From Octopus sinensis (taxonomy: Eukaryota), in the NCBI RefSeq assembly GCF_006345805.1, contig NW_021824637.1, positions 1 through 17,600 of the forward strand: a stretch of DNA of 17,600 nt. Direction: 5' to 3'. The notes beneath the pieces were generated by a model. It did no database searches. It was not told the origin of the DNA and worked only from the letters and a program-made list of their open reading frames with translations. The translations under genes were made by a program, and so were the position numbers. Numbering within the stretch: the stretch's first letter is position 1; the number at the start of each line of letters is the position of its first letter. Of the stretch, positions 1-9,782 are shown one piece after another.

Positions 1-88
<88 letters not shown>

Positions 89-122
89 AGTAAAAATACT
101 GGATGGATAGATAGATAGATAT

Positions 123-153
<31 letters not shown>

Positions 154-645
154 TATAGATAGATAGATAGGTAGGTAGGTATATATATACACATATGTAC
201 ATAGACACTGTTACATATATGTATATACACATACAATGTTGCATATTATATATGTGTGTGTGTGTGTATACGTGTGTTTGTATTATGTATGTATGCGTAT
301 ATATATGTGTATATGTGTTGGTGCGTTTTTTATACATATGCCTGTATATATATAGATATAGATATAGGTATAGATATAGATAGATAGATATTGTGAATAT
401 ACTTATTTAAACATACTTATGCGCACACAGTCATACACACGCATGCATACATACATATAAGATATATATATACATACATATATATATAAAATATATCTAT
501 ATATATATATTATATATAATATATATATATATCAGCATATACATACATACATACATACGTACATACGTACATCGTACGTACATACATACATACATACATG
601 CATACATACATACATACATACATACATACATACATACATACATAC
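1..645. repeat. Compound microsatellite block (TA)n, (GATA)n, (TG)n, (TACA)n
   Basis: Directly visible pure and interrupted tandem tracts; explains ORFs 195..383, 510..719 and 532..726. Confidence 0.97.
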
Positions 646-977
646 ACGCACGCGTGTGAGAGGATTGTGGATGGTTGGATGGGTGTATAAACGAAAAAGA
701 ATTTCAGTATTGTGTACACATACCAAAATATGTAGATTAATATTTCGAAGATATATCCTGACTGCTGCTGCTGGTTGTTTTTTGGTTTTTTTTTTTCAAC
801 CCCAAATCCTCCATCTTTGATCTAGAAACCTTATGATCAAAAGCATTCCAGCGGTGACCTTTCTGCCTTTTTTTTTTTTTTTTTTTTTTTTAACTTCTAT
901 AGACAAGTGGACTTTTCTAGTAGAGATATGAAATGGGTTCGGCTGTTCTTTCTCGTTGGTCGAGCAACTGTCTAAAG

Positions 978-1108
978 CAAAGATTCTCAACCGCGGTCCA
1001 CATGATCTTTTGGGGAGTGGGGGATGTCATTATAAAATTTTGTTATTAAAATTTGTGCAATAAAAAGCTTATACGTTTACAATATACAAAATTTTTTAAT
1101 ACAATTAC
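978..1108. mobile_element. hAT-like MITE, one end only; inverted homologue of the right part of the 11927-12431 element
   Basis: Starts CAAAGATTCTCAAC (resembles the CAGTGGTTCTCAAC hAT/Charlie-type TIR), preceded by GTCTAAAG (close to the NTCTAGAN hAT target). The body ATTTTGTTATTAAAA..TGCAATAAA..TTATACGTTTACAATATACAAAATTTTT aligns to the reverse complement of 12075-12100 plus 12324-12431. Confidence 0.65.
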
Positions 1109-1117
1109 TGGCTTACA

Positions 1118-1324
1118 CTTCTACTTGTTTCAGTCATTTTGACTATGGCCATGCTAGAGCACCACCTTTTCATCAAAGAAATTGACCCCTTGTCTTATTC
1201 TTTGTAAACCTGGTACTTATCGTATCGGTTTCTTTTGCTGAACCGCAATGTTACGGGGATGTAAACACACCAAAATCGGTTGTGTGTGTGTTGGGGGGGG
1301 GGTGGACAAACAGACAAAAACACA
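1118..1324 (-). mobile_element. 3' half of a SINE (family A)
   Basis: Homologous to 2131-2259 (TACTTGTTTCARTCATT..GGCCATGCT..GACCC..GTACTTAT..TTTCTTTT..GAACCGC). On the minus strand it carries a GATA..ATAAGTACCAG..GGGGTCAAT module like the SINEs at 4196-4966. Confidence 0.7.
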
Positions 1325-1384
1325 AGCCAGTACTGAGGAGTTGTAAACGACCAGTAGCCTAGTAAATCAACCCTGGGACCTAAT

Positions 1385-1647
1385 AAAGATAAAGGATTAT
1401 TATACTTCCCAAGTCATATAGACTCATGGGGCCCGGCTCTCAGTTCCCATGGCACATATATTCTCCTCGCTTCAGGATGGGATGCCCATCTGTCACAGGG
1501 TTACTGGTTTTTGCTAGATGAGCGGACTGAAGCGATGTGAAATAAAATGCTTTGCTCAAGAACACAACACGGTGCCTGATCCAGGAATCGAAACCACAAT
1601 CATAGGATTATGAGTTCAACAGCCTAACCACTAAGCCACGCGCCTCC
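1385..1647 (-). mobile_element. tRNA-derived SINE (family B)
   Basis: Minus strand begins GGAGGCGCGTGGCTTAGTGGTTAGG (A box) then GGTTTCGATTCC (B box), followed by a CORE-like TGTGTTCTTGAGCAAAGCATTTTATTTCAC and a tail AACCCTGTGACAGATGGGCATCCCATCC. Confidence 0.85.
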
Positions 1648-2130
1648 CTACTAAGCCATCTTTGAAGCCTAGTCAACGAGTTCTAAAGTTTAGTAAACCA
1701 CCAGGCGAGGCCTTGCGAACCAGCGCAGAAGCTTCATAAATATTCGCTTTTGGAAACATGTGTCGCACTAAGCTCAAAGTGTTTGAAGAAGAAGTGAGAG
1801 ATTGAGAGGGAGATAGAGAAGATGGAAGGACATTGATGCGGCACGATTTAACGAAGCATTGATGCATGTCTTTACACGTGTCAGAAGCACTCATGCATGC
1901 GTTTCATGCTGTTTCCCTCGGGGAAAACTTCCAGGTTTTGCTGGCTCACATTACGTAGATACAGTTACGGTTGAGCAACAACCTAGAAAGTAGTAGTGAC
2001 ACATTAACTACTTTCACTTCTCGTTTAGATAGGAAAAGGGATTTGTTGGGGACGCATAAAGGACAAATCAACGAATACTTTGAATGATTTAAAAGCGATT
2101 GGAAGAAAAAAATACAAGACAATCTGTTAA

Positions 2131-2259
2131 CTTTTACTTGTTTCAATCATTGGCCTGCGGCCATGCTGGGGTACCCATCTAGGAGGGTTTAGCGGAGCAA
2201 GTCGACCCAAGTACTTATTCCATCAGTTTCTTTTACCGAACCGCTACGTTGTGGAAACG
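2131..2259 (-). mobile_element. 3' fragment of SINE family A
   Basis: Clear local homology to 1118-1260. Confidence 0.7.
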
Positions 2260-2267
2260 CAATCGGA

Positions 2268-2467
2268 TAGTGATGGTAATGGTGATGGTGAAGGTAGTAG
2301 TGGTGATTGTCGTGTTGCTGATGGTGGTGGTGGTAGTTGTGATGGGAGTGGTGGCTATCGTGGTTTGTGGTGATAGTGATGGTGGTGATAATGATGGTGA
2401 CGGCGGCGGCGGTGGTGGTGGTGGTGATGGTTTTGGTGGTTGTGGTAGTTTTCGTGGCAGTGGTAAC
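2268..2467. repeat. Degenerate (GTG/GAT)n trinucleotide low-complexity tract
   Basis: Visible GGT/GAT triplets; source of the His/Thr/Val-rich ORFs at 2189-2494. Confidence 0.9.
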
Positions 2468-2598
2468 CATCGCATATTATATGTTCAGACATAGTATATC
2501 TACCGTGGCCTAAATTATTCCGTGTCTTGTCTGTATGTATGTATATATATATATTTATGTGTATGTTTATGTATGTGTCTTTGATAAATTCCGATATA

Positions 2599-2939
2599 GT
2601 GGAACTTCGTTGGTTGCGACGACGAGGGTCCCAGTTGATCCGATCAACGGAACAGCCTGCTCGTGAAATTAACTTAGAAGTGGCTGAGCACTCCACAGAC
2701 ACGTGTACCCTTATAACATAGTTCTCGGGGAGATTCAGCGTGACACAGAGTGTGACAAGGCTGGCCCTTTGAAATACAGGTACACCAGAAACAGGAAGAA
2801 AGAGTGAGAGAAAGTTTTAGTGAAAGAGTACAGCAGGGCTCGCCACCATACCCTGCCGGTGCTCCGCGGAGATTTAGGTGTTTTCTTTCAATAAACACTC
2901 ACAACGCCCGGTCGGGGAATCGAAACCGCAATCCTACGA
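2599..2939 (-). mobile_element. tRNA-derived SINE family C, 5' truncated, tail type 1
   Basis: Minus strand GTAGGATTGCGGTTTCGATTCCCCGACCGGGCGTTGTGAGTGTTTATTGA..CCCTGCTGTACTCTTTCAC..TTTCTCTCACTCTTTC matches the bodies at 7143-7330 and 17085-17260. The A box is missing and the copy abuts a TA tract. Confidence 0.85.
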
Positions 2940-3037
2940 TTATATATATATATAATTAATAAATATTAGGGTAGGAAACATTTTTAGAAATTGTTTACTA
3001 CCAGTGGCCTAGCATGTAGAAAACTACACATGCATAA

Positions 3038-3190
3038 GATGGGCTTCTTTCAGTTTCCGTCTACCAAATCCACTCACGAGATTTTGGTCGGCCCGAGGCT
3101 ATAGAAGACACTTGCCCAAGGTACCACGCAGAGGGACTGAACCTGGAACAATGTGGTTGGTAAGCAAGCTACTTACCACATAGCTACTCC
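3038..3190 (-). mobile_element. tRNA-derived SINE 5' head (probably family A)
   Basis: Minus strand GGAGTAGCTATGTGGTAAG (A box), GGTTCAGTCCC (B box), then a CORE-like CCTTGGGCAAGTGTCTTCT. Confidence 0.8.
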
Positions 3191-3274
3191 TTTGTCTAAG
3201 TTTAATATAAATATATATACATTCATGCATATATACGAACACACACACATGTATCCATGTTTGTATGTGTGTAC

Positions 3275-3346
<72 letters not shown>
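3275..3346. repeat. (GATA)n microsatellite
   Basis: Pure tract. Confidence 0.98.
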
Positions 3347-3347
<1 letters not shown>

Positions 3348-3546
3348 TACAGTCATACTGATATTCTTGTATACACATGCACATGATCCTGGGGCTGGAG
3401 TTAAACTAATACAACACGTGCTCGGTTGAATATTTGGGGAGGCGTTGATGGGACGCTGCGTTTGATTAGACCGGATGTGGGATGGGTTCTAAAGCGGAAG
3501 GAAGATCTCTGCTCTTCTCTTGTGACACAGACACACGCGCGCGTGT

Positions 3547-3583
<37 letters not shown>

Positions 3584-3956
3584 TGCCGCGCACGCGCTCA
3601 CACACAAATGTAAATAAATCCATGCAGGTGACCTCGACAGTTTTGTTTATCCTTGACCTTTCCATTTCCCAATCCACCTACGACCACCCGTCGACAAGAC
3701 CTCCGACAAGCACAACGAAAGTCACCATATGCTCCCTCTGCTTGTTTTTATTGAAAACATTAAAAGGAACGACAATAAAAAAAAATAGCACAAAAGTACG
3801 AAGTTTTACCTTTTCTTTTTTTTTCCTTTTTTTTTTACGTATAGCGCCCTCGGAGAACGGTGCGCTCGTATAACCCGTCAAAGTGCGTCAAAATGAAGGT
3901 GGCCTCGGAAACCACTTCTGACTCTCTGGCTGCTGTCACTTTGTCTGTTTATCCCC

Positions 3957-3958
3957 CT

Positions 3959-4012
<54 letters not shown>

Positions 4013-4057
4013 TCCTCTCTCTCTCTCTCTTTCTTTCTCTCTCTCTCTCTTTATCTC

Positions 4058-4110
<53 letters not shown>
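3957..4110. repeat. (CT)n microsatellite
   Basis: Interrupted CT tract; source of the SLSL ORF. Confidence 0.97.
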
Positions 4111-4113
<3 letters not shown>

Positions 4114-4195
4114 AGAATCTAATGTTTTCAACTCATTCCATAACGTAATTTTTTTTTCTCCCTCCAAAAATTATTATTCTATATATTGTTTTATT

Positions 4196-4409
4196 TAAGG
4201 CGGCGAGCTGGCAGAAACGTTAGCATGCTGGGCGAAATGCCTACGGTATTTCGTCTGTCTTTATGTTCTGAGTTCAAATTCCACCGAGGCCGACTTTGCC
4301 TTTCATCCTTTCAGGGTCGATAAATTAAGTACCAGTTGCGTACTGGGGTCGATCTAATCGACTGGCCCCTCCCCCAAAATGTCGGGCCTTGTGCCTAGAG
4401 TAGAAAAGA
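4196..4409 (+). mobile_element. Full-length tRNA-derived SINE family D with 15-bp TSD
   Basis: Head GGCGGCGAGCTGGCAGAAACGTTAG, B box GAGTTCAAATTCC, central GCCTTTCATCCTTTCAGGGTCGATAAATTAAGTACCAG (resembles the MetaSINE domain, from memory). Perfect direct repeat ATATATTGTTTTATT at 4181-4195 and 4410-4424. Confidence 0.9.
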
Positions 4410-4425
4410 ATATATTGTTTTATTA

Positions 4426-4966
4426 AAGGCAGAATATTGTCAGAATCGGTAAAACGCTGGTCAAAATGCTTTGTGGTATTATCTGTTCTGAGTTCACTTC
4501 CTACCGAGGTCAACTCTACCTTTCAATCTCTTGAGTACCGTTCAAGTGCTCAGTACCATAAAATCGACTGGCCTTGTGCCTGTTTTAGAAACAATTTCAT
4601 TACAGCATGTTGGATTGGCAATATCGTTGGAGCATCGGAAAATTACTTGTATCATTTTTTACAGCTCTTTACATTCTGAGTTCAAATCCCGCCGAAACTA
4701 ACTTTGCCTTTTCTTTTTTCCTTCCGGAGTCGATAAAACAAAGTACCAGTTAAGTACTGAGGTCGATATTATCGACTAACTCTCTACATTCAGTATTGTT
4801 GGTCTTGTGCCAAAATTAAAAAGAATTATTATTAACGTTACCTGTCATCCTTTCGGGGTCAATAAATGAAGTACCAGCGTTTCACTGGGGTCGATGTAAC
4901 TGACTCGTCCCCTCCCTACAAATCTCAGGCCTTGTGTTGTGCCTTTAGAAGAAAGGATTATTATTA
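4426..4966 (+). mobile_element. Three further diverged family D SINE copies in tandem (about 4426-4595, 4603-4833, 4841-4966)
   Basis: Repeated TTCTGAGTTCA, AAGTACCAG, GGGGTCGAT and CCTTGTGCC..AGAA modules in the same order and orientation as 4196-4409. Confidence 0.8.
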
Positions 4967-5099
4967 GCATTTTTGTAGAGGTAGTTTGGGTTCCATGGAA
5001 CGGAAGCTCTAGCCATCGCACCCCCTTTTTTTACAGACACTTTATCTATAATTACAACATTCAAAGTGTCTGTGTTTTTACGAAAGAAAGGATAAAACT

Positions 5100-5305
5100 A
5101 CGGAGATGTACTTGCATAGCAAGTGACCTGATCTGAGATCGTGTGCTAGAACGAAAACAATTGCAGCGTGAGAGGTGTTTATAAGCCATTTAAGAAACAC
5201 ACAAAAACCGTTAGATTTACTTCAACATTTAAATTTAATTTGCCAACATATTTTCGTCGCTTTGAGACCGCGACCTGTTCACTGACAAAATTCCGTGATG
5301 CATCT
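5100..5305 (-). mobile_element. Putative Penelope-like element terminal-repeat fragment containing a hammerhead fold
   Basis: Non-simple segment carrying the minimal hammerhead architecture at 5239-5289 followed by an AT-rich tract. Boundaries are approximate and the PLE assignment is inferred from the motif. Confidence 0.5.
5239..5289 (-). ncRNA. Minimal type I hammerhead ribozyme-like motif, G3:C8 core variant
   Basis: Minus strand reads UUUGUCA (stem I), GUGAACA (core), G, GUCGC-ggucucaaa-GCGAC (stem II), GAAA, AUAU, G, U, UGGCAAA (stem I'). Confidence 0.6.
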
Positions 5306-5329
5306 GAGAAAGTAACAGATTGTTCATGA

Positions 5330-5615
5330 TATATATGTACGCATCTATGTGTGTATGTATGTATGTATGTATGTATGTATGTATGTGTATCTTTGTATGT
5401 ATGCATGTATGTGCGTGTGTATGAATGTGTGTGCACATGTATGTGCCTATGCATATGTGTGCATGTATGTATGTATGTATGTATGTATGTATGTATATAA
5501 GTATTACATATATGTACATATGTGTGTACATGAGTATTTAGGTAAGTGTGTAGACGTGTCCGTGTGTGTGTGTACATGTGTATGTACATGTGAACGTATG
5601 TTTATGTACTGATAT
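5330..5615. repeat. (TATG)n/(TG)n compound microsatellite
   Basis: Visible tracts. Confidence 0.95.
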
Positions 5616-6135
5616 GTGTCTGATAAAACTGCTTCTGTATTTTGTTTGCAAGACTTTTCATGTAAGGCCGTGAGTTGAAAGAGATGTTGTTTCACGAAGG
5701 TTTATTATACTAATAATAAACACACGCACTGATTCGATTTCACTTCTTTATTATCCGTCAATTGGTTAGCTATTTAACCAATTAAACGAAACGATTTTTT
5801 TGGTTAATTTTTCGATTAATTAACCAATTAGCTGCGTTTTTGTCAACATCCGTTCGTCGCCGAAGGCATGTCATTCAAAAAGGTCACGAATGGCAATGAA
5901 AAGACTTTGGCAAGCACGACTGGTTGATTGATAAACCGAATCAAGCAATCGATTTTTACTAGATAGAAATATACAAGAAAACAGAGTGATTTTGGTCATG
6001 GATGAAGCGCCGTGCTTTTATCATAATTCGTGTGAGATTGAAGCTGATCTAATGCAACACAACGCGTCAGTAGTGTCAACCATGTTGAATGAGACGTGAT
6101 TAGTTGGACTGAGTTGAGAATAGTTTCTATCTGAT

Positions 6136-6672
6136 AGTGGTGGTGGTGGTGGTGTTAGTAGTGATGATGGTGGTCATCATGGTGGTGATAGCAGTGGTGG
6201 TGATGTGATAGTATTGGTGTTAGCGATGCTTGTAGTGGTGTTGGTGTTAGTGGTGATGTGATAGTAATGGTGTTAGCGATGCTGGTGGTGGTGGTGGTGG
6301 TGGTGTTAGTGGTGATGATGGTGGTCCTCATGGTGGTGATCGTAGTGGTGGTGATGTGATAGTAATGGTGTTAGCGATGCTGGTGGTGGTGTTAGTGGTG
6401 AAGATGGTGGTCCTCGTGGTGGTGATCGTAGTGGTGGTGATGTGATAGTAATGGTGTTAGCGATGCTTGTGGTGGTGGTGGTGGTGGTGGTGGTGTGTTA
6501 GTGGTGATGATGGTGGTCCTCATGGTGGTGATCGTAGTGGTGGTGATGTGATAGTAATGGTGTTAGCGATGCTGGTGGTGGTGGTGGTGTTAGTGGTGAA
6601 GATGGTGGTCCTCGTGGTGGTGATCGTTGTGGTTGTGATGTGATAGTAATTTTGTTAGCGATGCTGTTGTTG

Positions 6673-6704
<32 letters not shown>

Positions 6705-6708
6705 GGTG
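6136..6708. repeat. GTG-based minisatellite, about 6 units (mostly 86-106 bp, one shorter)
   Basis: Recurring GGTGATGTGATAGTAATGGTGTTAGCGATGCT anchor with variable (GGT)n; CCTCRTGG marker at 6326, 6412, 6518 and 6610. Confidence 0.92.
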
Positions 6709-7142
6709 GAAAGGCAACGTTCTAAAAATGAGCACCGTATCCAAGAGGATATTTGTTCTTGGTTTGGAGCTTGAAGAGATCTTATTCCCAGAAGGATCCC
6801 CAACAAAGTAAAACAACTTCACGCCAATTTGTTCCACTTTCTACAACAGCTGTTACACTTACCGGAGACATTGATGACCCACCTGTTGTTGACTCTGTCA
6901 CTCCTCAGTCATACTTCACTTGTAATAGTGGGATATAATAACCAGTGGAGTATCATAACTAAGCTAATTACTAATGATGTGTTAGCATACTTAATTTTAA
7001 CCCCGCCCCTCACATCAAGGGCGTCCCGTCTATTATATGAATATGAAATAAAATAGCTATTTACAATGTCAGCTTTCCCTTTTTACATCCGTCGACGCTA
7101 AATAATCTCACAAAATTAATATTCATATCTACAATATAATAA

Positions 7143-7443
7143 GTGGAGGCACATGGCCTAGTGGTTAGAGCAGCGGACTCGCGGTCAAGGGATCGCGGGT
7201 TCGAATCTCAGACCGAGCAATGTGTGTGTTTATGAGCGAAACACTGAAACTCCACGCGGCTCCGACAGAAGGTAATGGCGAACTTCTGCTGACTCTTTCA
7301 CCACAACTTTCTCTCACTCTTTCCTCCAGCATCTTGTAGTTCACCTGCGACTGACCGGCCTCCCGTCCTGATGAGGAACCTATACGCCAAGGAAACCGGT
7401 CCTATTAGCCAGGTGTGACTCGAGAAGGAACAAACAACAACAA
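7143..7443 (+). mobile_element. Full-length tRNA-derived SINE family C, tail type 2, 12-bp TSD
   Basis: GTGGAGGCACATGGCCTAGTGGTTAGAGC (A box), GGGTTCGAATCTC (B box), (CAA)n tail. Perfect direct repeat ACAATATAATAA at 7131-7142 and 7444-7455. Confidence 0.92.
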
Positions 7444-8119
7444 ACAATATAATAAACAAAGTTGCTTATTAATTAGTTTGGAGTATGTAACCTTTACAAC
7501 AAATAAGCAAATATTAGAAAACTCCTATAAATGCTAATTTTGATATATTTTTATCAAATGTGATTTTCGAATTATTTTACTACCAAAAATTTCAACTTCA
7601 CGATTCAATCACAAAAATAATTTTTATTCAGTGAAACAGTGTCATCCTACACCGAGAAATAGCGTTTTTTTTTTTGTTTGTTTGTTTCTGGAAATACATA
7701 AAAGTTCCTCAAATATTTGCAACCTTAATTTGTACAGATAAGTCAGTAAAAGCATTTCTCCAACTGCTAGCAAAATTATGTTGATTTCCAGTGTCCTTTC
7801 TTATTTGTTGGGTGCTGTTGAAGACGGTAAACAGAGGACTTACTTATACGCGGCTAAGTTAACATAATACGATAGCTTCTTAAATTCTAACGCTGTCTTT
7901 CAGTGACTGAGGACTTTTAGACGAATAAACGACCCAAAGAAAAGTTAGAAATAACACATCAGACAAATTACACAGATTGGGGATCAAACGTATAAATTTC
8001 ATCTTGCGACCAGTAGAAAACCGCCCGGGGGCGGTCTTTCTGCTAGTGTTTCACAAAGTTGCGTGATATTTACTGCATTTTCTGTTATTCTGTTACTGTT
8101 TATCGAGTTCAAAATGCAA

Positions 8120-8357
8120 TGTGCGTGTGCGTGTATAAATGCTTACATATATATTTGTGTACGTGTAAGTGTATATACAAATTCACACACACATATTTGT
8201 ATGTATACCAGTATATATGTACATATATGTGCGTATTTATGCATAAATCTCTCTTTTATATATCTTGCATGTAGGAAGAGAGAGAGAGAGAGAAAGAGAA
8301 AGAGAGAGACAGAGACATAGACAGAGAAATACATAATACATGCATTTATACATGCAT

Positions 8358-8392
<35 letters not shown>
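8120..8392. repeat. Mixed TG/TA, (GA)n and (CA)n microsatellites
   Basis: Visible tracts. Confidence 0.9.
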
Positions 8393-8394
<2 letters not shown>

Positions 8395-8484
8395 ATGTAA
8401 AGCAAAGTGTTAGTCACCGCGGTATCAATGTTGGACGGAAGACATTGATACCAAATACTTTATATGATTACGATGAAATAATAA

Positions 8485-8660
8485 AAGCGGGTAATTTGTA
8501 GAAATTACTACAGTATTCTGATTTCCCTGCTGATATTCACGTCCTGAGTTCACTCCCTACCGAGTAAGCTATGATTTTCTTCTCTTTCTGATCAATAAAT
8601 CAAACTACGAGTGAAGTAATAAGACCCTTTTAATCGGCGACTAAACCTTCCACAAAATTG
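8485..8660 (+). mobile_element. Highly degenerate SINE family D copy
   Basis: CACGTCCTGAGTTCACTCCCTACCGAG matches 4485-4508; weak remnants of GATCAATAAATCAAACTACGAG and CGACTAA. Confidence 0.5.
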
Positions 8661-9259
8661 AGCAGATTTCGATGACTTCTACAACGTAACAGAATTGTGC
8701 ACATCACCAGCAACCTACATATCTATGCAGATCAGACATATGTCCAATCAACATTTTCTCTTAACAAAAAAAAAACAATTTTTTAAGTCAAAATATTAAA
8801 ATATAAATCAAAAAGATAAGCAGTTGTTTACATTTTTCATTTTAACCAACTTGGATTCTTGTAATTTTCTAGAACAATTATTCAGATTCTAACCGCAATT
8901 TTAATTTCATGGAGATAACTTGTGATAAACTCACAATATATTCATGTTATAATCTTTTTGATATATAACTGCTTCCCCAACACATCACTAGACTTTTTTT
9001 TGTTGTTGTTTAGGGATGCTGAAAAGATAAAATTTACAGTACAAAACCGACAACAGCCGACGAATTGAGGGTACTCATTGAACGAGAACGAAATGTGTCT
9101 TGTTTGCGATTCCATTGTTTCGCATTATTAGCAATGCCTGGACCAAAACAAGTCATCAGTTTGCAGATAGTCCTTCATGAAAAAACAAAAAAAAAAAAAA
9201 TGAAATTCTCTCCGTAGATTCTAAATAATTTTGAAAATAAAACGTGTCATATATATATA

Positions 9260-9780
9260 CCGTAAATCCTCGAGTATAATCCGCATTTTTTTCCCAAAAT
9301 TTAAAGGTCAAAATCCCTAGTGCGTACTATATACGAGGTTAAAAATGAAAATTATTTTCTAAGCAATGTCCGAGTCTCTATTTTGCTGTCTAGCATTGCT
9401 TATTCAGACGCATTTTGGGATGTCGGGCGCGAAAATACCTTAAGCTAAGCTTGAAAGCAATGAAGTCATAAAAGAATCATCCATAACTTGCAGTAAGCAA
9501 CATTTATTAAACGTTATTACTGTTATTGCCGTTATTTCTTTATTTTCTGAAAACAAAATGCACAAAAAAGCTACACGTTTGCATTATGTTATATATACAA
9601 TAATAATAAAGTACGTTACCGTATACATTTTTAAAACCAAGGACGTTATATAGACCTCCTTGATTCAAGTTAGAGAAGGGGTGCGTATTATACACAAGGT
9701 TTAGGTTTTTCAGAGGTACAGCCCCCTAAAAATCCCCTGCATATTATACTCAAGGGCGGACTATACTCGAGGATTTACGG
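9260..9780. mobile_element. Tc1/mariner-superfamily (Tc2/pogo-like) MITE, 521 bp
   Basis: 25-bp TIRs CCGTAAATCCTCGAGTATAATCCGC (9260-9284) and GCGGACTATACTCGAGGATTTACGG (9756-9780) match 24/25. Flanked by TA on the left and TG on the right. No transposase ORF. Confidence 0.9.
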
Positions 9781-9782
9781 TG

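Noticed and set aside
2131-3190. One family A SINE split by nested insertions
   Set aside because: Orientation and order fit, but the connecting middle part and a shared TSD could not be found, so the two fragments are kept separate.
6136-6708. CRISPR-like array interpretation of the regularly spaced repeats here and at 11365-11657
   Set aside because: The intervening sequences are themselves repeated rather than unique spacers, the context is eukaryotic, and there are no cas genes.
6753-6938. Short ORF or exon candidate (TGDIDDPPVVDSVTPQ) and a minus-strand GTAAGT donor near 6860
   Set aside because: No consistent acceptor-donor pair with an open frame and no recognisable homology.
7145-7216. 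tRNA gene calls for the A/B-box heads here and at 1647, 3190, 13195 and 17258
   Set aside because: Acceptor and anticodon stems do not pair properly, and each head continues into a repeat body. They are SINE heads, not tRNA genes.
7368-7402. CTGATGAG...GAAACCGGTC resembling a hammerhead core inside the SINE tail
   Set aside because: No stem II can form between CUGAUGA and GAAA, and the homologous tail at 1385-1505 lacks the motif.
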